64,000 bases of DNA from Eledone cirrhosa. Taxonomy: Eukaryota. The notes beneath the pieces were generated by a model that worked only from the letters and a program-made list of their open reading frames with translations, was not told where the DNA came from and did not search any database. This document shows positions 1-15,438 of the stretch, in pieces (the first letter of the stretch is position 1; every line of letters starts with the position of its first letter). The stretch spans positions 336,784,001 to 336,848,000 of the forward strand of contig OZ024742.1 of NCBI GenBank assembly GCA_964016885.1. Reading direction: 5' to 3'. The translations under genes were made by a program, and so were the position numbers.

Positions 1-47
1 ATATAAACACACACACATATATATAGATAGATATGTAGATATAAACT

Positions 48-115
<68 letters not shown>

Positions 116-486
116 AAACATAAGCCTGTTGTATTGTCCTAATATATAGAGAAAGATATGTTCATTTAGTAGTTCAACGACGCAATGTGTTGGACACGAT
201 TGATTCTCGGCAACGACATGGTCTGTATACAATATGTGCAATATCTCCTCTAGTTCCAAAGACGGAATAAATTTTTCCAAACTGGGTGTTTCAATGTATT
301 GAAATAATTAATATTGTTTCTTAATTCCAGAAACCGTGGTTGGGGATCGAATTATGAGTAAAACTGACTTATCTTAATAGGTGCAGCTTATATCATCCCC
401 GCACCATTGGTTTAAGTTTAATATGTTTAATTACTTCTCTGATTTGATATTTTTAACACACACACACAAACAAACAAACAAACAAA

Positions 487-1740
<1,254 letters not shown>

Positions 1741-1976
1741 GTATAAATATAAGTAATGGTATAAATATAACATATACTTAGCTACAAATGGCGGGCTGCA
1801 ATTAAGTATAATGAAAATAAAAGTTACGACAGAAAGAGGCTAATATCCATCGTCAGTTGTCTGCTAGGAATCATAGGTATTTCTTCGCGTTAGATATTAC
1901 CCATTCTACTACTCCAAGTATCGAGTACTCTGGTGCGTTATGGTTCACCTAGTATCTTACCACACCCTCTTTGTTA

Positions 1977-2062
<86 letters not shown>

Positions 2063-2065
<3 letters not shown>

Positions 2066-3040
2066 CAGATTAAAGTTTAAGCAAAGAATCGCTGCTTTCA
2101 CCCTTAACGCGATCTTCTGAAACTAACAAAGTCAATCTGTGAACGCCGCAGAAGTGAATATTTCAAAAAACGTTGCAACCGGTGGAAGACAGGAAGACGA
2201 TACTTTGGTTCGTGGAAACGTTCCCTGGCAAAGAACGGGGAAAAAACGAAGATAATACGTCATTATTTGGAGCGGTGAAGAACAATTACACGCAAAGACA
2301 AAACCACGTTTATGGTATAAAAGAAGTCGTAGCCTAATATTCTATTAGGTGGTTCATAGAGACGTTCTCAGACAATGAACGAAAAAAACGAAGATAATAC
2401 GTCATATGTGGGGCTAGAGAACAATTGCACGCAAAGACAAAACCACATAAATGGTATAACTGAAGTCGTAGACTATAATTCTAACAAGGAAACCGAATGA
2501 ATCTCGGCTTCAGAGTTAAGAATAAAGTAAATAAAATACAGAGGTAATTGAAATTAAATATATACATACACGCATCCATATACGTACATACACAAGCATA
2601 CACAAAAACACTCGCCATAGGTATACAAATACACGCACGTACACGCAAATAAAAAAAAAACCGCACGCACATACAGAACCTACGCAACGCCTGTACCCGC
2701 ATGCATACGAATGTATACACCAAATACACATAAAAATATATATAAAAAATATATATATATGTGTGTGTGTGTGTGTGCGTATATACATATAATTAAATAA
2801 ACGTATATAAATAAATAAATACGTATATAACAAGCGCACACACATACCTACATGTAAATACACATATGTTCGGAGACGTACGTCAACCGAAACACGAAGT
2901 ACACATATACACACACCCTACATACGTACGAACCCGCATATTCACACAGACGCAAAACTCACGTATACACATAACCAAAAGCATATGTACCGGAATATAT
3001 AATATATACGCCATAACATATACAATCAAATATACGTACA
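2063..3040 (+). repeat. Copy B of the ~1.1 kb duplication (empty SINE site)
   Basis: Colinear with 598-1740 but lacks the 809-901 insert. Confidence 0.8.
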
Positions 3041-3276
3041 ATTATGGAACGAAGCTTATTGAATAGAATGGACCCAACTTCGGTTTCCTCACTAACCTAA
3101 TAACAATCTAATTAAGTCCAAATTATTAAGATTCAAATGCAACCGACCAGAATGTACACTTAAACATTAATCAGTGAGGAAGACGACTTCGTGTGGGTTC
3201 ATATATATATATATATATGAACCCACACGAAGTCGTCTTCCTCACTGATTATATATATATAGATATATATATATAT

Positions 3277-3437
3277 AACGAAGGAGGTGTGGTAAGGAAC
3301 CAGGTGGATCATAACGCACCTGAGTACTCGATACTTCGTGTAGTAGAGTGGGTAATAGAAAAATAGTCAGGACCCCGACGGCAGAGCTCAAGCCGTCGAA
3401 ACGACTTGATCTCTGTCGTCGGGGTCCGGACTCTTTT

Positions 3438-3440
<3 letters not shown>
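3277..3440. mobile_element. Inverted pair of truncated PLE pseudo-LTR fragments (hammerhead family G, 3' halves)
   Basis: GACCCCGACGGCAGAGCTCAAGCCGTCGAAACGAC..GTCGTCGGGGTC matches the ribozyme half at 28785-28812. Related copies at 6296-6460 (opposite orientation) and 1893-1977; flanked by (TA)n. Confidence 0.7.
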
Positions 3441-3479
<39 letters not shown>

Positions 3480-3721
3480 TCCAGACCACTGTCCTACCAT
3501 TACACCAACACATCACCCGTCTTCTTCCATTCAAATTAGAAGCTTTAATCTTAGCAAGTGTAATGTCAAGTAAGAATATTTTCGAAACAGCGAGCGAGTT
3601 TGAAATTAGAAATATAAGCTATCGCCGTATTTTGACTAAAGAAATTATTTAGCCTGATAGTGGGGTTAAGAACCCTCGGAGAAATGGAAAAAGATGTCAA
3701 TACTCATCTTTTTATATATAT

Positions 3722-4556
3722 ATAATTCTCTAAAAAGGCTACAGAATAGATTTCCAAATAAGGGCGCGAAAATTTAATAAAAACTTGTTCACGTGACAGC
3801 CATAATTTCATTTATAACCAATCAAATTATGTTTATTAAAAAAAAGCCTTCGTGAGTCCCCTTTTTTTTAAGTAAAAAGAAATTTAAACACACACACACA
3901 ACACACACACACACGCACACACACACAAGCACACAAATAAACATACATATCTTTACTTTCTTTATTCAATAGAAAATCTGAATTCTGACACCCCAGCGAA
4001 CTAACCATATTCACTGAACCAGAACAATTCTCCCATCCCATTTCTCTTGACCATTATCTTTTACTTATCATAAAATTCTCTAAAACGGCTACAGAATGGA
4101 TTTCCAAATAAGGGCGCGAAAATTTAATGAAAACTTGTTCACGTGACAGCCATATTTAATTTATAACCAATCAAATTACGCTTATTAAAAAAAAGCCTTC
4201 GTGAGCCCCTTTTTTCAAGTGAAAAGAAATTCAAACACTCATATATGAAAAAAAACAACCTGTGACACCCCCCCCCCTTCTTTGAAGAACTTTGTAACGC
4301 GAACTGGCGCGAAATTTATTATAATTATTGACCAACCAATCAAATTACTTCTCGAAAAACCTGGCATTTCGAGCCACTTTTTCCATATAAAACAAGTAAC
4401 ATTCAGAGACCAACCAGATGTGAAAAACCACAGAACCCTCCATCTCAACTCTACTTTGGAAAAGCAGAAGAACTGCGAAACCGGTAAAGGAACCAAATAA
4501 ATTTTTTTTTTTTTTCAAAAATAAGACTCCAGTTGCATTTTCGATTTCATCTTTTT
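3722..4556. repeat. Dispersed repeat family with an internal ~165-bp duplication and E2F/CCAAT/E-box-like motifs
   Basis: Reverse-complement copy at 5455-6265, partial copies at 28523-28739 and 52905-53049; 3725-3890 is duplicated at 4075-4240. Confidence 0.75.
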
Positions 4557-4591
4557 ATATATATATACACACACACACATATATATGTATA

Positions 4592-4686
<95 letters not shown>

Positions 4687-4944
4687 TCATGATCATCATT
4701 CTTCGACCACTGTCGAGATGATGGATCTCACTCTCATGCCCCAGAACTCCCTGTCCCCCATATAGTGCGGTTCCCTGAGGAACAGGAACCCTGGTGCAGT
4801 CAGTTGCGAAATCCATCATCTTTTCAAATAGCTAGTAATGTGTGTGGGCGCCACTACTACACATGTGAAAGAATTTGACAGCCAAGTGTTGAAGAAGGTG
4901 CTTTCTCCTCCGTGTGGTTGGTTACCCGGCGCCAGATACCAACC

Positions 4945-5119
<175 letters not shown>

Positions 5120-5136
5120 TATGAACCCACACGTTC

Positions 5137-5234
<98 letters not shown>

Positions 5235-5245
5235 TTAATATAGAT

Positions 5246-5298
5246 GAGATTCTACAGGACTAGAACTGTTTCATTCATTTGAAATCATCAGGAATCTC
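5246..5298 (-). ncRNA. Type I hammerhead ribozyme (family B)
   Basis: Minus strand: GAGATTC-CTGATGA-TTTC AAAT GAAT-GAA-ACAG TTCTAGTC CTGT-A-GAATCTC. 7-bp stem I, GUA triplet. A 5'-truncated mirror copy starts at 5297 on +; another copy lies at 52575-52624. Confidence 0.8.
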
Positions 5299-5426
5299 CT
5301 GATGATTTCAAATGAATGAAACAGTTCTAGTCCTGTAGAATCTCATCTATATTAAAACTGTTATACTCTGCTATGTATTGAGTACCTTACTTACTGTGGT
5401 TACCTCCGATTCAACCCGGAATAACG

Positions 5427-5454
<28 letters not shown>

Positions 5455-5461
<7 letters not shown>

Positions 5462-6263
5462 GTGGGGTTTTTTTTTAGGGGGGGGGGGGGTTACAAAATG
5501 AAAAATAACCGAGGTGTCCTACACGAGTGAAAGTATAAAGAAATAGAGATGAAATCGAAAATGCAACTGGAGTCTTATTTTTTTTTTTAAATATATATAT
5601 TTATTTGGTTCCTTTACTGGTTTCGCAGTTCTTCTGCTTTTCAAAAGGTGAGTTGAGATGGAGGGTCTGTGGTTTTTCACATCTGGTTGGTCTCTGAATG
5701 TTACTTGTTTTATATGGAAAAAGTGGCTCGAAGTGCCAGGTTTTTCGAGAAGTAATTTGATTGGTTTGTCAATAATTATAATAAATTTCGCACCAGTTCG
5801 CGTTACAATAGTTCTTCAAATAAGAGGGGGGGTTGTCACATGTTGTTTTTTCATATATGAGTGTTTGAATTTCTTTTTACTTGAAAAAAGGAGGCTCACG
5901 AAGGCTTTTTTTTGGTTGGTTATAAATGAAATTATGGCTGTCACGTGAACAAATTTTCATTAAATTTTTGTGCCCTTATTTGGAAATCCATTCTGTAGCC
6001 TTTTTAGAGAATTTTTTGATAAGTGAAATATAATTGTTTCTACTTTAGGCACAAGGCCAGCAAATTACCCAGTACATTACTGGTACTTTATTTTATCGAC
6101 CCCGTAAGGATGAAAGGCAAAGTTAACCTCGGCGGGATTTGAACTCAGACTGTAAAGGGAAGTGAAATATAATGGTCAAGAGAAAGGGATGGGAGAATTG
6201 TTCTGGTTCAGTGAATATGGTTAGTTCGCTGGGGTGTCAGAATTCAGAATTCAGATTTTTTTC

Positions 6264-6265
<2 letters not shown>
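5455..6265. repeat. Inverted copy of the 3722-4556 repeat family
   Basis: Reverse complement of ~3970-4556, interrupted by a SINE. Confidence 0.75.
6035..6159 (-). mobile_element. 5'-truncated SINE (family 1) with 14-bp TSD
   Basis: AAGTGAAATATAAT at 6021-6034 and 6160-6173; empty site in the paralogue near 4053-4066. Confidence 0.85.
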
Positions 6266-6295
<30 letters not shown>

Positions 6296-6457
6296 GGGAA
6301 AAAACTCCCGACCCCGACGGCAGAGCTCAAGCCGTTTCACAGCTTGACCTCTGCCGTCGGGGTCCTGACTCTTTTTCTATTACTCACTCTACTACACGAA
6401 ATATCGAGTACTCAGGTGCGTTATGACCTACCTGGTTCCTTACCACACTTCCTTCGT

Positions 6458-6902
<445 letters not shown>

Positions 6903-6933
6903 CATACATACATGCATGCATGCATACATACAT

Positions 6934-7090
<157 letters not shown>

Positions 7091-7129
7091 CAGGAGGCTG
7101 GACTGGTGTAAATCCTTGAAAGGTTTATT

Positions 7130-7187
7130 ATACTATGATCATTTTAATGACCGGGTTCCATATGAATCCGGTGATATCATCAGGTAT
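7130..7187 (-). ncRNA. Degenerate hammerhead ribozyme in the PLE 3' pseudo-LTR (family J)
   Basis: Minus: ATAC-CTGATGA-..ACCGG..CCGGT..-AAAA (G of GAAA lost)-TGATCA-TA-GTAT followed by AATAAA. Confidence 0.5.
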
Positions 7188-7499
7188 TTGAAATATAACA
7201 AAGAATATGTAAAAACCATGGGTCCGAAAAATCAGAGACAGAGAGGACGACTGACCAACTAGCTGTCTTCACCTCGGCCAGTCGCCCTCAAAGTGATGGC
7301 AACTCGATCTGCTAATGACCATCTGGTGAGGGGGTGAAGGCTTATAATGTACTACCACTTTTCTAGGGTATAAAGTTATAGATAGATAGAATAATTTGTG
7401 TCGAGGGAAGGTTGGATCAGAGAGTGTGGTGTAGTGGTGTAAGGCATGCCCTTGGGGTGTGGTGTTAGAAGCGGTGATGGGTTCAAGTCTGACGTTGTT

Positions 7500-9959
7500 A
7501 TATATTGGGTTTAAAGTTTTGGAAGGAGTGCCGGAAGCGGTGCTGGCACGACGCAAACACTTCCGATTTTTTATTAAGGAGATTAAGGTTCGAGAAGATT
7601 ATTGTATGGGTCTCTAGTAGACAGAGGTTACAGAATTTATTAGGTGGTCTGTACGATGCCGCCTTACCTATCACTTCCCATTGAAGTGTATGTGATCTAT
7701 TTCTAGTTTTCAGATAGTGTATGTAGCTAGATAGTAAAGTGGAGTTGGCTAGACTGTGTTTTTTTAAAGAATGGAGATGTGAATTGTATCTGGTTTTGAA
7801 GCAGTTCGAAGTAGAGCCTATATAGGTTTCAGAAGAGTTGCTAGTTCTGACCGTGCATGAGTAGATGATGTCCTTGACTAAGCAGTTTTTATCTAAAGGG
7901 CAGGTTCTATTAGATCTACAGTTACAATTATTTTGGATGTTAACCTGCCGGTTATTATGTTGTGTAGAAGTCTGGTTGCTAGGTATTGCATTATGGCTAT
8001 GGGGGTTGTCGTTCCCAATGTTATTGATTTCATTAGTGTTATTACTATTATTATTATTGATATCAGGGTTTGCAGATATTACGTTGTTTTGAAAGCTTAC
8101 CCCCTGCTGTGTTTTAGTTTGTTGAAAGTAAGTATTAATCTTTCTTTTATTGCTACTAGCTATGTGCTATGCTATGTTAGGCGTGGTAGAGTAGGAGATT
8201 TTAATGGTGTTTTTTATTTATAAGACTATGGTACTTGTGGCCAGATGGGAAGTGTTTATCCAGGAGTGAGAAGAAAGCCTTAGGTAGGTTGGTAGAGACG
8301 TTTAGATTGAAAGGGGGGTTGAAAAATGTATTAGTTCTTCTTCTATTTTTGTTTTTTATATCTGTTGAGGTGTTTCCGTTTATGGTATTTTGGTGTCTTC
8401 TCTGGTGTTAGTTACGTTTGTTGCTACCCTTCGTATTAGTGTGTGTGTGGTTATTACTCTTATTACTATTTTTCCTCATGGACATATTGTGAGAAATAAT
8501 GTTGTAACTATGTGTTTTTATAGGTAGAAACTCGATCTCATTATTATGGCCTGATCTAGCTAATGTCTGATTATAGTATTGTGAGTTTTTGCTAAATATG
8601 GTTACGTCATAAGATAGATTAGAGATTCTATTGGATATTCCTTTAGAGATAGAGTTTAGTATTGATCTAGGGTGGTTAGACTTGGTATCTACGTAAATTA
8701 GTTTTTCGTTAGGTTTATGGTATGGTGTATATATTTTAGAGTCTAGGTAAAGGGTGGCATCAAGGAAGTTAACGTTTTTAGTGTTTTTGTCTATGGTGAT
8801 ACTTAGGTTATAGTTTTTGAAAGTCTTATGCAATAGTTTCCTAGTTCTTTCTATATTAAATTTGTTATAGTCTATAAGGAATAGTGCATCATCGCGGTAC
8901 AAACCACCGTTGAGGTATGGTAGGTCCTTATGGATTTCGTTTAGTAGGTATAGGCCCACCAAATCAGTGACCTGCGCCGAGTCACTAGATCCCATGGTTA
9001 TGTCAAAGTTATTATGCGTATACTTGCGGGTCCATAACTGATCTTCAAAAGTGATTACGGTTTTACGGGCCGCAAGTATGACATCAATCTGGGGTCTAGT
9101 CAGGTCACTATTGTTCATGGCCATAATTAGTACCTTATTTAATAGGATAGGGGAAATAGAGGTGTAGTATGAATTGATATCAAACTGAATACAATTTTTT
9201 ATTTTTGTTTTCCTTGATATCCTTAAACCATTCAATCACTTCACCTGTATTTCCCCATTGTTTAAGGTATATTTTGTGTTTAATCTGTGGGATGATTTTA
9301 TCTAAAATTTTCTTACTGATAATGCCAATGTCAGACTTGGACGGGCAGATTAGTCTAATCGAAGGGTTACTAGTGAAATCCTCCTTATGGTCCTTCAGAG
9401 AGAATCTAGGGGGGTTCGGGGTGTATGGTTGTGTATGTCTCTGAAGTCCCAGTTTGGACACTATATTACAGCCTTCCAAATTAATATCTTCTAGGTTTTT
9501 CATAGTAGTTTTCTTGTAGCTCCTGTGTAGTTCATTATATATAAACTTTCTATATGTATCATAATCTAGGCTGTATATATTATTAGTTTTGTCCGCATGC
9601 ACAATAATTTTACTACTTGTTTTGAATCCATTAATAGAGGAGTTAAGTTTGTTTAAGAAGGTGTTGTTTCTATTACGATGCTTTTTGTATTTAATGTTCT
9701 TAACTGGTTTTATTAGGTCATTTTCAAAGGAGTTTAGTAGTGTGTTGTGAAGGGGGCTTCTAAAAGTTTTAAAGCCGAAGGAGTCGAATTTGTTAGTATC
9801 ATCAATTTTGTTAGATCTGTTTTTATCATAATGGAATTTCCTCCATCTCACTCTATTGATATAGGAGTTGACACTATGGATCAATAATTTCTCGTATGTA
9901 TCTTTGGATGGTATTGGTATGTTCTTAGTTGACATAGGAAGCTGGTCTTTGATCAGCAT
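7500..9959 (-). pseudogene. PLE reverse transcriptase / GIY-YIG endonuclease, frameshifted
   Basis: Frameshift at ~9180-9235 and a stop at 8408; the domains remain recognisable. Confidence 0.85.
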
Positions 9960-10208
9960 ACTGATAATTTAATGTATGTTAGCTCAACAGTATGGAGCAG
10001 TTAATAATATTAAGGATACTATTCATAGTTATGTATATTTTAAACTTGTTATAGTTATGTATATTTTAAACCATAAACAGGGAAGGGCAGTAATTTATTA
10101 CTACCTTATTACCAGTAAGATAAATAGCTCAATGTAATAACAACAGTTGTTCTACAGAGCAGTTATATAGAATTCACAAGAATCAAAGCTATGTTCAAAG
10201 CATTTATT

Positions 10209-10255
10209 CACTTACAATTGTTTCATCCAAACCTAGGCTTGGAGTCTTCGGAACA
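10209..10255 (-). ncRNA. Hammerhead-like motif with CCGAAGA core (family H-like)
   Basis: Minus: TGTT-CCGAAGA-C TCCAAGCC TA GGTTTGGA T-GAA-ACAATTGT-A-AGTG-AATAAA; stem I is weak (G-U rich). Confidence 0.5.
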
Positions 10256-11297
10256 TTTTTCAATGTTTGTACATATAATTGACCTCCCATCCAACGCAAG
10301 AGATATACAGATACATATATATATATTGATGTACAGTGGAGTGAAATATATTATACTATACTATATTTGTACAGCAATTCAAATTCAAAATCAAAATCAA
10401 AATTAAAATTAAAATACATTCGGCAGATAACACAGATAATGCAAGAGGATAGTTTGATAGTCAGATCTAGTAGGTAGTGTATGCGTTAGTTACACATGGA
10501 GCATGCAAGTGTGTCTCATTTATATACGATTATTGTGTGGCAAGGTGTTACATGTAATGCAAGCACTTTAAGCGGGTAAGCAAGAGTATTATGGTGGTTG
10601 TAGTGGTAGGGTATTTTTTGTATAAATCAAAGAAGTATGTGTGCAGAAAAAGAGAAAGAAAAAGAAAAAGAAAGTTATAGTTTTCTCATCCACCACCATT
10701 TTCACATTCAGAAAAAGGATATATGTGTGCATGTATGTATATATATATACATACTACTGTACGTCTGTATACATATATGTATGTACGTATACATACTTAT
10801 ATTTAAGTAACAGCCGTACTAAGAGTGAGAAATGAAATTTCGTTTCATTTTTTCCGTTTATCGTTTTCGGTGCGCCCGGCCGATTAATCCACTCGATATG
10901 CAAATTAGGCTGCTCAGCCGTTAATATGCATAAGGAAAGTATATACTTTCAGACGTTCAATCATCTGGCAGGAAGGTATACGTTGCTGACGATAGCTAAT
11001 AAGCTTGAAACTAGTACAGCGTTCCTTTGTCAGTGTTGGACAAATGAGCAACGATGGTTGCTAGACACTGTACGGCTTAATTCGGGATGTTTGTTTACAA
11101 ACACACCGAGCATTATAATAAATGTTCCGTGAATCCATACGTACATATATATATATATATATATATATGTGCATGTATGTATATATATATACATACTACT
11201 GTACGTGTGTATACATATATGTATGTACGTGTACATACTTATATTTAAGTAACAGCCGTACTAAGAGTGAGAAATGAAATTTCGTTTCACTTTTTTC

Positions 11298-11350
<53 letters not shown>

Positions 11351-11355
<5 letters not shown>

Positions 11356-12810
11356 TGACAAAATATCGTTATAGGTAATCCAATAGAGGTTGTGAATACT
11401 TCTTATTATGGATAGTTTTAGCGTACGGCGTTGTTTGACTCAACAAGAGGTTTACGTAGATGACGAGTTTATGATTTCACTTGTATTCCTATGTAAGTTT
11501 ATCTTGGAGTAATAAAATTGAAAAAGTGAAGAATAACATAGTCAACAGTACAAAAAAGGGGATTTATTGACAGTCTAACAATTGTCTCTCTGATTAATCG
11601 GTAAATATTTAAGATCTATAGTACGATTACATAAAGTGATATGATATAACAACTTCAATATCAAATAACAAACATAGTATAGTATACATAATTACATGGT
11701 TGGTAGACAGACATATGTGAATAAGTGAATAAGAACCAGACAGAAACTACGCACGGTAGTAAAAAAAATATAAATAAAATCAACCGGAAATCGAAAAACA
11801 AAAACAAATATATTTACTTAGGTGTCACAAGCAGTTAAGTAAAAAAAGTTAGGAATCAAACCCGGATAAATGACTAGAAAACCTTATTAAATTAATTAAT
11901 ATTGAAAGTATTTAAAATACATAATAAGTCAATACAAAATTAGCTATGGTTTAAGTTATCAAAATCTCTAAAGTTTAAGATATCTCAATAAAAATATCCA
12001 GAATAGAATGAAATATTCTACTTTCAGTTGAATAACGTTATCTAATAAAAGGACCTTAAATAGAACTATGGTAGGCCAATGGGAACAGAAAAAAGAAAGG
12101 TATGGAGGATACGAAGGAGAATAAAATCATAATCAATATACTGTATAATACAATAGAAAGGAGCATAAAAGGGAAATGAATATAATTATAGTATAATTGA
12201 AGGGGCGAATGACAAGTGTGTGGGGGGAGGGGGGAGAAGGGGAGGGGGTTAATTATCTAAATGAGAATCCAAATAAAATATATAATCAGATATAAACTCA
12301 TAAGGTGTTAATAGTGAAAATATAATATTTAAGAAGATAGATATGGTATGGTAGCCAAAAGACTATGAAAGCTAGATCGAAAAGCTGTTAAAAACCAATA
12401 ATAATAATGATAATGATGGTGGTAAACAAAATGAACCTAAACAAAAAAGATAAGGGAATATAGCAGCTAATGGATACAATTTACACTACCAGAACTTTTA
12501 GGTTTATAATAAAAGTTAGAATTAGAAATGGCGTGGGGGCAGGAAGAAAATATCTCAGACTTTCTATTAAGTAAGAGTTCCCTAGAGAAAATTATAGAGT
12601 GGATCTCAAGGATATAGAGATTACAGAATTTAGTGTGTGTTGATAGGTTATTAGAGAGTGCTACTATTCGCCAATTAAGGCTATATGGTATATTAGCCCC
12701 CTTAAGATCCCAGATATGGTGTGCTAAAGAAGTAGAATTCTTAAACTTAACATGTTTAAAATTAGAGATATGAGAATTAAACCTAGTCTTAAAAGTGTTA
12801 AATGTTGAGC
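11351..12810 (-). mobile_element. 3' fragment of a second Penelope-like element
   Basis: 12810-12550 translates FKTRFNSH..STSLAHHIWDLK..W..FCNL..LLNRKSE (GIY-YIG C-terminus), followed by a long 3' UTR ending at (TA)n. Confidence 0.75.
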
Positions 12811-12846
12811 TTGTATTGGCCGTTAGTGCTTCTTATAGCTTTACTT

Positions 12847-12884
12847 GCCCTGATGAGTCCTTAATAGGACGAAACATTGTTGGC
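12847..12884 (+). ncRNA. Minimal type I hammerhead ribozyme (family C)
   Basis: GCC-CTGATGA-GTCCT TAAT AGGAC-GAAAC ATT GT-T-GGC, then AATAAA at 12886; inverted relative to the adjacent PLE. Confidence 0.8.
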
Positions 12885-12929
12885 TAATAAAGACTTTTGA
12901 TGTATTGAAGGCTTCTTTGGTTTATTTTC

Positions 12930-12971
<42 letters not shown>

Positions 12972-12999
12972 TAGAGGGATGGATAGATAGATAGATATA

Positions 13000-15438
13000 T
13001 TTCTTTATTTGTCACAAGGGCGCACAAGAAAAGGGGACAATACAAAGACTCATGCCGGGGATTTTACATACAGTCGTGTAAAAAAAAATATAAAACAAAC
13101 AATTATAACAATGGAAATCCCAATAGGGGAAGACGCCACAAATTGGTTGTTTAATACCCCGTCGATAGAACAACCCTCAACTTCAGGAGCTTGTTGTGCA
13201 AGTGCTCCCTTCTTCCTTTTGCTCTCTTCTTTAACCTACAGAGAAGGCCCAATCACTCGGGCCATTTTCGCTTCATTCATTCACCTTTCAGTAAATTTAC
13301 TGGGGTGCAGTGCCTCTCTCTCCACTCTGATTCTTCTTCTAAAGTGATACTTAAAGAAGGGAATCAATTGTTGCCCGGAGAGAAAGGCATCTGTCCTCAG
13401 TCCTCTCAATCTCGTCCACCATTTAACCTCTTTCACCATAGCCACTGTAAAGAGGAAAACCGCCTCTCTTTCGTTTTTGAAAGAGGCTGGCGGTTTGATC
13501 CTTACTATGAACTCGGCAGTCAACTGGATTTGTCCCATACGCGACAGCAGTTGTTCTGCATAGTTCCACAGGTCGCTTACGCCCGGGCAGTGTATAATTG
13601 CGTGCAAGACGGTTTCAATGTCCTGCTCACATCTTGGACACATCCTCTTGGGAGGATCCCTGCCGGGGCGTCCGTGCCTGTAGATCTTATCTCGAACGGG
13701 TAGAGCTCCTCGGTAGCACTGCCAGGCCAGGGACCTCTGGAAATTGTCCATAGGTCCCGGGCGGAAAGTCCTACCGAACAGACTGGTGAGCTCGTCGTCT
13801 TCGACGCCTAGAGTCCCCCCGAGCACGCCGTCGCACTTGTAAAGTACTAACCCTCTATAGAATGTCGAAGTGGAGTCTCCACTGATTGCTGTGCCCGCTT
13901 GACAGAGGACTGTGAGTGCCTGGGCGCATTCAATGTGCCAGGCGCCCATCTTCTTCGGTCTTCGCTTGACTTAGGACTGCAGCTCCGTCAGCGAGACAAG
14001 TTGTGGGAAGGCCTGTCTCACAAACGGTGCCCACACCAGTTGGTCGATGAGGAATACCTGAAGATGCCGTAGCCTCAGCGCATGTTTGCGCATCATTAGT
14101 CACGGCATGCCCAGCCCTCCGTTGGAAGGGTGTTGACATTAGACGGATCTCCTCACCAGTGGAGCCTGCTTCTTCCACAGGAACTGGAAGAGCATGCGCT
14201 CCATGTTGGTGAGGTATTCACGGGGACAAGGCACGACAGTCAAGCGGTAGTAGATGACTGACGCTATGAAAGTGTTCGCCACCTCCGCTCGACCTTTCAA
14301 AGACAGTTTGTACACTGCCCACTTCTGGGTGAGCGCAAATACCTTGGCCGTGACCTCGTTCCAGTTTTTCTCCACCTGGAGATTTGGACCGAACCAGACC
14401 CGAGCAATTTCACCGGTCCTTCCGTCCAGCGTCCGACGACGCTGTCGGACGACATCGGTTTGCCTCTCCACGTTCCGAGTTACAAACCGACAGATTTGTC
14501 CGGGTTCAGTCCCGGTTCTAAAGGTATGCCCTGCAAAAGCTCCAACTTCCGCAGTAGTGGCTCTAGAGTCAATACGTACAGAATGGAGGAGAGAGGGCAT
14601 CCCTGTCGAATGGAACGCGTGATTGCGAACGGCTCCGATAGGTAGCCGTTCACCTTGACCCTCGAACAGATGCTGGTGTGCGTCGCCTTGATCCAGCCTC
14701 TGAAAACGGGACCGAAATCGGCCGCCTTGAGAACCGTTTCCAAGTATCGATGGTCGACCCTATCGAATGCCTTAGACTGATCTAAATTGATCAGAGCCCC
14801 ACCAAAGCCGGGTTTACACCCCACCCTCTCTATGATGTATCGCATGAGGTGGAGGTTGTCGTGTATTGACCTGGTCGGGATTGCACACGTTTGCGCTTTC
14901 CCTACCAGGTTTTCGACGACAAGCGCTAGCCTCGTTGCTAGCACCTTGGCCAAAATCTTTAACTCTGTGTTGAGCACAGTTATGGGCCTGAAATTGTTTA
15001 TTTCGTCCTCCTTGTTCTCGTCTTTCCTGATCAGCGTTACTACGCCCTTGCCTGCAGAACTGGGAATTGTCCCGTTCTGCTGCCAATTGCAGTAGACGGC
15101 TTCGAGGATGCCAGAGAACAAGTCCGGCATGCCTATGTAAAACTCATAGGGTAGACCATCTAGACCGGGTGATTTGCGTTTCCCGCAGCGGCCCAGAGCG
15201 TCCCGTATCTCAGTGGCTGTGATCGGTCTTTCGCAGAGCTCGGCGTCCATGCTCGAGAGACGCAGCAGGCCGTCGAGGTATGAACCAAAGTCCATTGCCC
15301 CGTTCGGTGCACCGTCGTTCTTCTCAAACAGTCGCGCAAAGTGCCGCTGAAAGGCCGCGCACATCTGCCTGGGGTCAAGGAGCACGCGTCCGTTTTGGTC
15401 TTTCAAAGACCGAATCGTGGAATTGTTGCCGCTTTTCA
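13000..15438 (-). mobile_element. 5'-truncated L1/Tx1-like LINE (RT + zf-RVT), frameshifted
   Basis: KSPGLDGLPYEFY, NFRPITVLN, LDQSKAFDRVDH, QGCPLS and C-terminal CPRC..ETVLHAIIHCP across ORFs 15439-14480, 14600-14139, 14178-13930 and 13949-13281. Confidence 0.9.

Noticed and set aside
3650-3690. CTGATAG-GGGGTT/AACCCT hairpin as a hammerhead
   Set aside because: Both halves of the core deviate and no stem III/I is found.
4770-4820. CTGAGGA...GAAA as a hammerhead
   Set aside because: Stem II does not close next to GAAA and there is no UH triplet with stem I.
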